Under the pieces are notes generated by a model. That model was not told the origin of the DNA and ran no database searches. It saw only the letters and a program-made list of their open reading frames with translations. The position numbers and the translations under genes are program-made. From Salpingoeca rosetta (lineage: Eukaryota > Protista > Choanoflagellata), in assembly GCA_033442325.1 (NCBI GenBank), contig JAWQFM010000030.1:312334-333847 (forward strand): DNA of 21,514 bases. Direction: 5' to 3'. Shown in pieces: positions 1-15,881 of this stretch. Position 1 is the stretch's first letter. Each line of letters starts with the position of its first letter.

Positions 1-50
<50 letters not shown>

Positions 51-102
51 ACAGGGGCCGACACCACCACCACCACCACCACCACGACGCAATCACACAC
101 AC

Positions 103-1508
103 CTGTTGAACCAGGCGTCGTATTTGCCTGGCTCACGGGAATTGATACCACGGAAGGGAAACAGCCAGCACACACCATGTCCATCTGCGTGGGGAATGGA
201 GGTTTGGGTGTCAAGGCTCTTCATCTCGCAGCCCAAGGACATGAGGGACTCGAAATCGTCGCCGTTGCCCATGATGAGCACATCCATGCGCTGGTCCGGC
301 TCGTCGAGCTTCAGCATGCGCCACGCCCTCAGCCACCACTTCACCTGCAGCGTTAGCATGCGACTTGGCTCCATGAAGAAGACGACTGCACGCCTCCCAT
401 CAACGCCCTGCGTTCGTTTTGATGCGCGGGAGTGCGCGCGGTGTGTGAGCTTGCGCGTCTTTGATGCAAGTGTGCGCACGGTGGCCAGGAGTGGCTTGAT
501 CTGCCTCTCTCTGCGCTCCGCCAGCGCAATGAGCTCCTTGTCCCATTGGCGTGGCAGGATGAGCGACCCGTTCACGTCTGTGCGCAGCATCCACTGGCTG
601 TCCATGTCACCGCACGGCTCCAGCGTGATCTTGGTGTGGTAGTTGTATGTGAGGCAGTTGCCGGTCTCCCGGTGCACGAGGCCCTTGCCGGGCACGAACT
701 GCCACGTGTCGACCGCGTCCTTTGTGGAGAGGGAGCCTTCCTTCATCACCTTCGCGTTGGCGAAGATGGACGTGCACAGCCGGTACACGACCTTGCGTGG
801 CACGCTAGGGTCGATGTGGTCGTCATCCTCGTCTGTGTCAGCCAGGCTGGCGAAGCTGTTTGCAAAGATGCGCTCGTCACTGGCATGGAGGCAGTAGTGG
901 CCGACACCCTGCACCTCGAATCCCACGTGCCCCTCTGAGGATAGCGCGAACACCTGATGCCGTGCTGGATCTGCGCTGTTGCACTCCTGCATGTCGGGTG
1001 CAGAGAGGTGGCTGAGGCACAGGTGCGTCAGCGCCGTGTTGTCGGGCACGAGGGAGATGAACAGCGGCGGCTCCGCCAAGCTGCGAAAAGGAGGAAACGC
1101 TGCCACTCCACCGGAATACAGCATGCGACGCACGACTTTGTTCGAGTGAGCTATGGCTGGATGTTGTGGATTGACCTCTCTCGTGTTGTCGGTCTCCTTG
1201 CCGTCGCTGCTGCTGTCGCTGGGTTTGTGCAGACGCGACGCGTCATCATGATGGCTCTTGGCAGGAAGTCGCTGGACATTCGCGTCCGGGTTGCTGTGTG
1301 CGTGCAAGCTTCTGCCATCTGTGTTCTTGCCTGCACTCAAGCGCGCTGCTTCCCTCTCCAGTCGTCGGCCACCATGCACCGTGTCAGAGGAGTGCTTTGG
1401 CGTTGGCGCGTTGGAGTGAACGGCAAGCGCAACCAGCATGCACGCCAGCACCGCCACCCCAACCAGCAGCAAGCGGCGCGGCCCGTGTGGAAAGCTGATC
1501 GCCGTCAT
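103..1508 (-). CDS. Gene A, exon 1 (3' part lies outside the window): signal-anchor + ricin-B lectin + putative GT-A glycosyltransferase-like protein
   Basis: First in-frame ATG is at 1508 (MTAISFPHG; the ORF-track start at 1556 is a TTG). Hydrophobic segment LLLVGVAVLACMLVALAV. Ricin-type repeats with Cys pairs and a QW motif (DTWQFVPGKGLVHRETGNCLTY...LEPCGDMDSQW). The exon ends at TTC AAC AG|GTGTGT (donor 102-101), the same position as the intron in paralog B. Confidence 0.85.
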
Positions 1509-1981
1509 CGTCGTTGTTGCTGCTTGTGGTGGCTGCTGCTGCTTGTGATGAAGCAACGGTTATGTTATTGTTATGTTATTACAGTTAATTAATTTTGTTG
1601 CTTGCTTGCAAGCATGCACTTTTTGCTGTCGTGGGTGTGTGCGAGTGGGCGGAAGCAAAGTGGCTCTCTGCTGTTGTCACATGTCAATTATGTCTTGTTG
1701 TTGTGGGTGGTGTCTGGCTGGTCACATCATCAAGTAAGTGTGTTTGCATGTGAGCAGCGTGTGCATGTGGGCGAGTTTGCTCGCTGTCTCGCCGAATCGT
1801 CATGCCACAAAGTTACACATTTCATAGTTGATATCGCGACGACGACTCGCAGTGTGCAAACTCTTCACAGACAGCCACATACAGAGGCAGACACAGACAG
1901 ACAGAGGCACACAGACAGACAGACACACACACACGCACGTACAGGCATGCACAGCATCAATCACACAACAGCCACCATCAA

Positions 1982-2052
<71 letters not shown>

Positions 2053-2079
2053 TACACACACGCACGCACGCATGCACAA

Positions 2080-4686
<2,607 letters not shown>

Positions 4687-5078
4687 TGCGGGGAAAATAA
4701 ATGAACGCGCGATTCGTTGCGAACAAACTGGCAGTGTGACACAGGTTTGCTTGCAGGCATTTCATTTATTGAGAGTGCTTGTGGGTGGGTGCATAGTGTG
4801 CTCGGTCCTTCTTGCTCCCCCACCACCAAAGTGGCGGCATCACATCACATGGAAAGCGTCTCCCTCTCTCTCTCTCTCGTCGTGTACTACTGTCTGCGGT
4901 GTAACCCAGTCAGCAAGGTAACCAGCCATGCCATGCGATGAATGCAGCCACACGTGTCATCATGAACCATTTTGTGTCACACGAGCGCCGTCACTGAGTC
5001 CTTCAACCCACCCAGCCAATCCCAACTCGCATTCAACTCAGACTCAGCCGGCTCTCCATTCACATCTCCCTCCCACGC

Positions 5079-5226
5079 CTATTCGTATGACCATCGCGAC
5101 GACTTTCGCTTTTGCGCAATCCTGGACAGAACGTCCACCGGCACCAGCATCCGTGCGCACCGCCGCTCGCTCCCAGATCCGCTGTTCGAAGAGAGAGTGT
5201 GTGTGCGTGTGTATGAACGTGAGTGA

Positions 5227-5263
<37 letters not shown>

Positions 5264-6007
5264 TGAGTGAGTGAGAGAGAGAGAGAGAGAGAGTGTGTGT
5301 GTGTGTGTGAGTGTGTGTGTGTGTACATGCATGCGTGTGTGCATGTATGCGTGTGTGTGCAAAAGCAATCAACCCCCCCCCCTACACACACCACACACAC
5401 ACACACATACAATGCATCACACACACACACACATATTCAAGCCAGGCCACCCTCACGAGGCGGTACAAGGAACACGCCAACAAACAGGAACATGTCATCG
5501 GGAAATAGTTCTTACTTCTCCGCCAATTCCGCGATTTCTGCCTCCATCATGTGCAACAGCGGCTCGCACGTGTCCAAGACGTGTTGCAGATGCGCTTTCG
5601 TCATGTCAATTTCCTCCCGCATCTGCGCTTCCCGTTCCAGCCCGCGCCTGTGCAGGTGATAGAGACGGGGAGGAGAGTGGGAGAGGAGGATGATACATTG
5701 CATGAGCATGAACATGAATGAGCATGTGTGTGTGTGTGTGTGTGTTGGAGGGAGGGGAGGGGTTGACGCAAATAACTTGCCCCGATCTTTCCTCCCTGTC
5801 GACACACAGTCACACCAACATCAGCATCACCCCTTACCAGAGCGTGGTGTTGAAGTGCTTGTACAGCGCGGCGTCTACGCGATTGACGGCCAGGATTTTG
5901 CTGCGCAGTTCGTCCGATATTGCCGTCTGCGGAGGGCCGAACATCACATCCACCGCCGCACCTGCACCAGATGGACAGAGACGGGAGGTAGGTGGGGGGG
6001 GGGGGTT

Positions 6008-6049
<42 letters not shown>

Positions 6050-6351
6050 TGTGTGTGTCTGTGTGTGTGTCTGTGTGTGTCTGTGTCTGTCTGTGTGTGT
6101 GTCTGTCTGTGTGTGTGTGTGTCTGTCTGTCTGTGTGTTGACAACATCGCGGACAGGTCGCTCAACACACCGCCACATGCCTGGATACGCGCGCGCTCAG
6201 CCTGCAATGAACCCCAAGCCGACACACACACGCACACACACACACACACACATATGCAAATGTAAAAGGCACCTGCTGGGGCGTTTGGATTGCTTGGGTG
6301 TGCGATATATTCCACCTCTCGCTGGCTCCAACACAGCAACCGCCTCAGATA

Positions 6352-6446
<95 letters not shown>

Positions 6447-6997
6447 GACAAGGGAATGATGGCATGCCAGCAACATAGAGATGGAGATGCAACACCACGC
6501 CAATCTTAAAGTCCTGTCCTGATTTCTCCTTCCATTCCCCGCGCGCACGCGTGAACACATACCAGCGATTCAAACCAGTGTTCGGCAATGAGTCCGAGCG
6601 TAAAGCCCCGGGCAACGCTGGTGGCAGCTCGCTGTGCCTGCAAGCAACCAAAACATATCGAGTCGCGTTGAGGTGGTGGCGAAGCGGCGGGTAGCGCAAG
6701 TGCGTCTGTCTGTGGTGTGTGCGTGTCTGTCTGTCTGTCTGTGTCTGTCACCTTGCCGATGGGCATGTTCGTGTCGACGTCGCCGGTGTAGCCGAGAGAG
6801 CGCGCCATACCTTCGTGTAATCGCAACCGAGCGGCCTGGCGAAGATACGGGAGAGGGAAGGATGTCTCAGATGAGCCAGTGCATAGACGTGTGTGCGTGT
6901 GTATAAGTGTGTACAAGTGTCATGTGTACGCCACTTGTGCGTGGGTTTGCTCGTAGGACGGCGTGCATGCAAGCAAAGCAGCATGTGTGTGTGTGTG

Positions 6998-7060
<63 letters not shown>

Positions 7061-7497
7061 GTGTCTCAGCAAATACCTCGGGCATGCTGTTCCTAAATGC
7101 GTTTGGATCACTCAGGTAGTCCTCCATTGTTGCGCCATCCAGCATCGCGTCCATGCCAAGCTCTGCATGTGCATGTGTGTGTGTGTGTGCGAGGTTCAAT
7201 GACATGTTGTGTATGCCCCAACGGTTGCCAACAGCAACAACATCGACAACTGTCACCACCACCATCACCACCGTCGCCGCCATCACCATCGACAATTACC
7301 GCGCCAGAGGTCGACGAAGCGTGCCGCTGGATCGCGCACGAGTGCAAATGACTTTGGATTCGGAGCCGTGAACTTGGCCGCCGTCGTCATGTTCAGCACT
7401 GCGTCCGTCCTGTGTTGCATGCGTTGTGGTGTGTTTGCATGTGTGTGTGAGGGGGGGGGGGGCTTTCATGTGCTGTGTGCCGGTGAACCCCCATCAC

Positions 7498-7530
<33 letters not shown>

Positions 7531-8414
7531 TACACATACACACATACACACACGCAAGCACACACACGCGCACGCACGCAAGCACACACACATACATACA
7601 CACACACGCACGCAAGCACATCCACGCTCGTCTCACCTGCCAATGAGGACGTTGATTGGCGCCGGGTTGCGTCCCCCACGAGATTTCGGCGTCAGGAACT
7701 GCGCTCGCACATCCGTCCGGCTGTTGGGCATGTTACGGTGAGAGTGCAATGGTGAGTGTGCAATGGCGATGACTGGCGTAAGACAACAATGGGTGGCGAA
7801 ACTTTTTGTTTGTTTGTTTTGAAGACAAGTTGATGATGGTGGTGGCGAGGTGGTGGCGAGTTGGTGGTATTGCCGTACCCTTCGGTGATTGGGGAGCGCG
7901 GGATGGAGAGTGCGAGGTCGTGGTGGATGCCCGTGTTGAGGAGCAGATTGGCAACGACGCCGTCGGCCACCCCGCTGCAGCCGCCGGCAGGGAAGAGAGG
8001 AGGGGCGGTGGTGACACATTGGCATGGAGAACGCGGACATTTGACGGTGGTGTACCATGTGCAGGAGAGGTGACACGCATCTACGCATATATGCATGCAT
8101 GCATGCAGGCAGGCACACATGCGCTGTGTACGCAAAACAAGTCAGCACAGCCCCAACAAACGCGCGCACACTCCGCCCCAAACAGGAACACGACACGGGT
8201 GGTGCAACTGACTCGATGCGGGCGAGAACGGCCGTCTTGTGGGGATATCCCTGTGTTCTGCACTCGATGTCGATGGGATCACCGCCCTCGCGCCACTTGA
8301 AGTGCTTCGAGAACCCCTGCGATTCCAACAGCACCAAGTGGCACATGCGGTCCTGCTCGCCAATGTCCCGCTGCTCGTCGTCGTGGTGGTGGTGGTGGTG
8401 GTGATGGTGGTGGT

Positions 8415-8454
<40 letters not shown>

Positions 8455-9115
8455 CGTGTCAGCAATTTAACACATGCACACGAGCACACGACGCCTATTC
8501 ATCTGCTTGCGTCTGTGACACCAAACACGATGCCACCACCACTGCCTATCACCACCACCACTGCTAATTACCTTCTCTTCAATGCGCGCGCGGTGCAGTC
8601 GTCCGTCCATTCGCGCATGTAAACGACAAATCTCAGACATGCGCGCTTTCCGCTCCCTGGCCGTCAGGGCGCACAGCATGGTGTGTGTGTGTGTGTGTGT
8701 GAGTGTGAGTGTGCGTGTGTGTGTGAGTGTGTCTGTGTCTGTGTCTGTGTGTGTGTCTGTGTGTCTGTGTGTGTCTGTGTGTGTCTGTGCGTGTGTGGAG
8801 AGAGAGAGAGAGAGACGCAGTCGCAGCATTCACAAGGCCGCGCGTACATGCAGGGCGGTTCACAGGCACACATGTTCTCTCACAACACACGCAGATTCAG
8901 GAACAACCCGTAACACAAAACAACACGATACAACAACATGAGTGAGACACGGTACAAACAAGAAAGACGGCAGAAGGGCGTGTTTACCGGAAGTATTTCA
9001 GTTCGTCGTGGAATCCAGGCTCCTCCTCAATGAGGCGAAACAGCGTTTGGTTGAAGTGATCAAACAACATCTGAGGGCGCATGCAGGAGCACATGACATG
9101 AAACGTATGCGGCGT

Positions 9116-9204
<89 letters not shown>

Positions 9205-10292
9205 TTGTGTTCGGGATAATGAGATAGTTGCCTGCCTCCATAAAATAAATAAACTCGATAAAAAATGGCTGCACATGTATGCTTACACACCCCACACGCA
9301 GTATACACTCAGACATAATCATNNNNNNNNNNNNNNNNNNNNNNNNNNNNNNNNNNNNNNNNNNNNNNNNNNNNNNNNNNNNNNNNNNNNNNNNNNNNNN
9401 NNNNNNNNNNNNNNNNNNNNNNNNNNNNNNNNNNNNNNNNNNNNNNNNNNNNNNNNNNNNNNNNNNNNNNNNNNNNNNNNNNNNNNNNNNNNNNNNNNNN
9501 NNNNNNNNNNNNNNNNNNNNNNNNNNNNNNNNNNNNNNNNNNNNNNNNNNNNNNNNNNNNNNNNNNNNNNNNNNNNNNNNNNNNNNNNNNNNNNNNNNNN
9601 NNNNNNNNNNNNNNNNNNNNNNNNNNNNNNNNNNNNNNNNNNNNNNNNNNNNNNNNNNNNNNNNNNNNNNNNNNNNNNNNNNNNNNNNNNNNNNNNNNNN
9701 NNNNNNNNNNNNNNNNNNNNNNNNNNNNNNNNNNNNNNNNNNNNNNNNNNNNNNNNNNNNNNNNNNNNNNNNNNNNNNNNNNNNNNNNNNNNNNNNNNNN
9801 NNNNNNNNNNNNNNNNNNNNNNNNNNNNNNNNNNNNNNNNNNNNNNNNNNNNNNNNNNNNNNNNNNNNNNNNNNNNNNNNNNNNNNNNNNNNNNNNNNNN
9901 NNNNNNNNNNNNNNNNNNNNNNNNNNNNNNNNNNNNNNNNNNNNNNNNNNNNNNNNNNNNNNNNNNNNNNNNNNNNNNNNNNNNNNNNNNNNNNNNNNNN
10001 NNNNNNNNNNNNNNNNNNNNNNNNNNNNNNNNNNNNNNNNNNNNNNNCATCGCTACGACCCCACAAACCTATTATTCTTAAGTCTGTTTTTTTTTTTTCT
10101 ACTGTGTCTTTGCTTGTTCTGGTGCAAGCTTGAATGTACATGTGTGATGCTTTGAGTATGTTTGTGTGAGTGTAGTACCCAAGTGGTCGGTGATGAGGAG
10201 GAAGAATTTCTTTTAGAGCGTGTTAACCAAATCATCAGACTGTGACTTGGACGTCTTCTTCTTCTGCCCCAGTTCAAATGCCTGTGGGTTTT

Positions 10293-10361
<69 letters not shown>

Positions 10362-12544
10362 CCATACATCGGGAGAGTACGCAGCAGCAACAGCACACAT
10401 ACACACACACACACACAAACACAACGCCCAACCTGTGAGTTTTGGAGGAGTGTGCGTTCTGCGAATCGGAAGTATTTGTCAGGATCCTCCATGAATTCGT
10501 CCAGTGTCAGCGATGGGCCCCCGTCTGATGCAACAACAACACAGAGCACAGCCCGATAGTAAGTGTGAGTGAGTGAGAGAGTGTGTGTGCATGAGTGAGC
10601 GAGTGAGCGAGCGAGAGAGTGTGTGTGTGTGTGTGACACATAGAGAGAGAGAGAGAGTGTGTGTGTGTGTGTGCGTGTGTGGGTGAGTGAAAGAGGATGA
10701 GAGAAGAAAGCAAACACACACACACACACACGCACTCACACACACACGCACACACACACACGCACACACACACACACACAAGGGGAGAGAACGAGGCACT
10801 TAACTCACAACGCCAATATCATCTCATCACAACACCACCATCCCCTTGCCTTCTCTTCTCTCCTCCTGTCTACGCACGTGAGATGATGTTTTTTGCAAAC
10901 CCCCAATACGACCACGACGACTTGGCGTGGGTGATTGGCGAGCGCAGCACCGTCACATACGCCGCGTTGGGCACGAGCGTACCCAGTGCCTCGGGCGAGT
11001 AGCTGGCAGCAGTGGTGAATGGTCGTGGTGGAAGCGATGATGGGGTGGGAGGGGGCGCGTGTTGTGTGGTGTGGTGCGCAGTGATATGTGATGAGGTGAG
11101 AGGCGCGAGGCGATGACGACACGGATGATCATGGCATTGTTGTCAAGTGGTGGTGGCGACAAGGATGGAAGTGACAATTTATCGTGATGGCGGTGGTGAT
11201 CGTGCACCGAGTAGATGAAAATGTGAACTGGGGCATACACCAAATCCCACCGAAACATGAACGCACGCGTGGACTAAGGGAAACATGAGCAAACTAGAAT
11301 GCAATGCCAGCATACGCACCGCACGTGCGCGCTGCAGAGACCATCGTATGTCTGGTGAAGAGAGCAAAGGGCGAGATGGAAGCACGGAGAGCGCAAAACA
11401 GAACAAATGAACAAATGAACAAATGAACAAACACATCACGCCCGAGGCACACACACACACACACATACACACACTCTCTCTCACCCTCACACACACACAC
11501 ACTCTCTCACCCTCACACTCACGCACTCACACCCTCACACTCACACTCACACTCACACTCACACTCACACTCACACTCACACTCACACTCACACACGCGC
11601 AAACCTTCGGCGGGTTGTAGTTCCAAATGGAGTTGAGGATCTGTGTCTTTCCTAAATATGGCCACGAATAGAACGTATCGTCCTTTGGCAGTGCAAGATG
11701 CAGACCTGCAACGTCGCGCACGACAAGCACCGTGGTTGAGCTAGCACAAAGGGTCATGTGCACACTACGCTTGCAGAATGTGTGTGTATGTGTGTGTATG
11801 TGTGCACATGCGTGCGTGTGTGTAGTTGCATGTCAAACAGTACACTCAAACAAACATGACATGACACAGGCGCGCACAAGCGCACCGTGTTTGTTGGCGA
11901 AGCGATGAAATATGTTGGCAATGGTGCTTGAGCCCGTCTTGTGGGTCTTGATGTACACAAACTTCTTCCTCGGCTCAATGCAGCGTGGCAGATCCCACAT
12001 CACCTGAGCAGCAAACGAAACTCACAGTGAGTGAATTCAAGCAAGAGTGGATTCAGCGAAACCAAAACCATAGTAAACCTTTCGCTGACGGCGCAAAGAA
12101 ACCCACATGCACTGCCTTGCTCGTGCATGTGCATACACGCACACACTGCAGCATATGATCATGCAAACACACGCATGCACACACATAGAAGCACGCAGGT
12201 ACGCAACTCACGGTGAGATCTTCTGTTCCCGGCGACTCTGTCTCTGCTGCGGCAGAAGCAGTTGTGCATGCACGCACGTCATACATGACATCAAAGAGTG
12301 AGAGAAAGCATGGCACACCAAGACAGGGACAAAGCAACGGCCAGCCAAGACCAAGAACAACGCACGTCCGCTGCACATCACGGCGCATCACAACACATTT
12401 ACGCCCCACTGAACGTCATTTGCAGCACGGTTTTGCTTGTCCCTGCTCACCAGCGTGAACAGAGGACACTACTGCTGCTGCCACTACCAAGGAGAAGGCC
12501 GTGAGCACTGCCATCATGCTCGTCATGCTCGTCATGCTCGTCAT
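5079..12544 (-). CDS. Gene C: galactose-3-O-sulfotransferase (Gal3ST / cerebroside sulfotransferase-like) family protein with two tandem sulfotransferase domains
   Basis: Phase-consistent GT-AG exons: 12544-12451, 12246-12212, 12003-11886, 11705-11605, 11351-11320, 11002-10878, 10524-10433, 10281-10179, [gap], 9070-8988, 8656-8572, 8370-8213, 7974-7879, 7720-7637, 7409-7300, 7162-7077, 6835-6752, 6637-6563, 6354-6273, 5961-5838, 5647-5516, 5181-5079 (TAG). Signal/anchor [22 protein letters not shown]. Domain 1 motifs: [18 protein letters not shown] (5'-PSB), [15 protein letters not shown] (3'-PB), FFLLITDHL and LFDHFNQTL. Domain 2 motifs: [29 protein letters not shown] and [16 protein letters not shown]. 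An alternative in-frame ATG lies at 12595. Confidence 0.88.
9323..10047. other. Assembly gap (N run), expected to hide one or more exons of gene C
   Basis: Run of N. The Gal3ST segment 'DESL..L...W...N..D' of domain 1 is missing between the flanking exons. Confidence 0.98.
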
Positions 12545-12999
<455 letters not shown>

Positions 13000-15814
13000 A
13001 TGAAGCGTCGCGTCGCATCCTTGCCTTCCGGTGATCGACAACGCAGCCGCAAGGAGCACGCTGCACACCACGAGGATGATGACAGTGATGACAACGGTGC
13101 GTTGCCACCGACGACAAAAGTGGCCAAGAGACACTCTTCGATAGCTGCCGACGTCAAAGCTCTCAAGCGAGCAGCGCGGATCTCGGCTCATGGGAGGAGG
13201 CAGACAAGACGACAACAACACACGTCCCCTGACTTGCGGCGCAAGACAAGATCGCCGGCAACACCGACGCAGCCAAGGCTTGCCCGGGCCGTGAAGACAG
13301 TTGAGCGACCGCCGCCATCTTTATCACCCTTGGCCTGGTCAACTTCAAAGAGGACACCAGTCGCCACCTCTCCATCACCATCACCATCACCATCACGGCG
13401 CTCGACAGCTGCAGCAGCGCCACCGTTGTCACACTCATCGTCGACACCGTCAACACAGCGAGATGTAACTTCGGGTCAACACTCAGAGCAGACGCCAAAG
13501 CAGACGCCGCTTGTTTCTTATCCGCTCGGCTTTATGATGACGTCGGGTGGCAGGGTGCGCCCCGCATCAGCACGGCGGCCGGTGTTGATTGCACGACCTC
13601 GACCAGTGCAGCGCCACGCACAGCACGTTGAAGGAGAAGCGCAAACACCATCGCCACAACCATCACAAACGCAAACACCACCACCACAACCACCACAATC
13701 ACCATCATCACCACAACAACAGCGTCAGGCTCATGTTCCATTCACAATCTCGCCATGGAAGATGTCGCAACACAAGGAGCACCCGCCCACGCTGCATGTG
13801 TTTGGCACGCCCATTCGGGGATGGATTGACAAACTCACGGAACGCCACACGCCCACAACCTCGCCGATGGGGCAGCTACAACATCACCACCAGCACCACC
13901 AGCACCACCGGCAGCAGGGGGAAGGAGACAAGGGATTGCAGCACAGCGAGCAAGTAGGTGCTGAGGGTGTGGGCGACGCAGACGACTTGCAGTGCAAGCT
14001 GTGCGGGTTTGAGGCGATATCACGTGCCGAGATGGCGGCACACCATCGCGCACTCCATGACAGTGATGATGAGGCAGAGGCCACACGACCGTCGCCTGCA
14101 ACAGCATCATCAACCGCATCAACAGTTCAAGCAACAGCGCCAACAGCAGTATCGACAACCTCACGAGCAACAGCGCAAGCAACAACACCAGCAACAGCAC
14201 CAGCAGCGACGCTGATGTCAGCCTTGTCTATGCCTGGACAGAATACAACGTTGCTTACGGGAGATGGTGGTGCTGATTGGGGTGATGATTGGGGTGACGA
14301 CGATGATCGTGTGAACTATGGTGGTGATGATGATGATGATGATCGTGGCAGCCATGGCGGCGACAGCATGGGCAGCGATGATCGGGGCGGCACTGAAGAG
14401 GATGCAGGCGGCGGAGTTGAACAAAGGAGTGGTCATGGTTTGGTACCACGCGTACACAAGCAGCAAGGAGGTGGAGAGACACGCGATGGTGGTGGCGATG
14501 GCAATGATGGCGACGATGATGATGATGGTGAAGATGGCGCAGAAGAGGAAGCGGTGAGGGCAGATGAGCATGGAGTGGAGCCTGTGTCGAAGGAAGGAGG
14601 GGAGGGGAAGAAAGCTGAGGATGAGGAGAAGGAACGAGCCAGCCGGAAACACAAGCGCAAGCAGAAGATGGAGGACAAGAAGAAGAAGAAGAACGAGGAG
14701 GAAGACGAGGAGGAGATGAAAGGGCAGCAACCGCCGCAAGAGGAGCATGAGAGACGCAAGCGCAGGCGAAAACGAAAGCGAAGGCGAAGACATAAGCACG
14801 AGCACGAGCACAGCGACAATAAACAACACGAGCACAATGGGGCACAGGGTCATGACGGCTCACAATCACACGCACAGCAGAACCTGGAGGAAGCGGAAGA
14901 AGGGGAGCAACGTAAGCGAGCACTAGAGAAACAGAGCAAGCAACAGCAGCAGCAGGCAAGAGGAAGACGAGGGAAGCGAGCAACACAACAGCAACGAGTA
15001 CAACAGCAGCAAGAACTGCAAGAGCAGAACCAGCGGTGGGCGCGACAGCATGCAGAGCAACTGCAGAAGACAGCGCATGGTCGACACAGTGATGGTGCAC
15101 CTTCATCCAGCTCATCATCCTCGTCACTGCCATCGTCATCGTCATCGTCCAAAGCAGCAACCACAACGACAGCAGTGGCCCTGAATGCGGGAGAGAAGGG
15201 GCAGGAACAGCAGCAGGTGCACGCAGATGCCACAAGTAGACAGCAGCAGCGATCATCCATACGACCGCACGCAACGCGACGTAGCACGCGACTGCTGCAG
15301 CTGCAGCAGCAGCACAAGGAAGGTGACGGGGATGGCACAGCCACCAGAGATGAAGCAGGCGTGAATGCACAGCAACTACAGCATAAGCAGCAAAATCAAC
15401 AGCAGGAACAGCAACAGCAGCATAAACAACAGCATAAGCAGCAGCAGAACCAGCTACAGCAGCAGCATAAGCAGCAGCAGCAGCAGCAGGAACAGCACGT
15501 CTTGTGCTCTGTGTGCAAGCTTCCTGGCCACAACCGACGAACCTGTCCAAATGCAGCCAACCCACCCGCGCATCAGCAACTGCAACAGCAACAGCAACAA
15601 GAGCGGCGCGCACACATAAAGCCAAGCCGCCAGTGGACGCAGCGTCAACGGCAGGGTTTGATGCGAACGGTATTCGGAAGCAAGCAGGTCGAGCGGGCAG
15701 GAGCGGTGCGCAATGATGCTGACAGGAAGCGAAGATCAATTCGACAGCAGGCGCTCAGGCGCAGAACACGGTTACAACAACAACAACAACAACAACACCA
15801 GCAGCAGCAGCAGC

Positions 15815-15881
<67 letters not shown>

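Noticed and set aside
6140-6200. Extra exon of gene C between two repeat tracts
   Set aside because: The flanking exons (6273 and 5961) already join in phase, and the candidate acceptors give a stop or a phase shift.
8942-10141. Long ORFs spanning the N runs (also 18380-19187)
   Set aside because: Artefacts of the assembly gaps.
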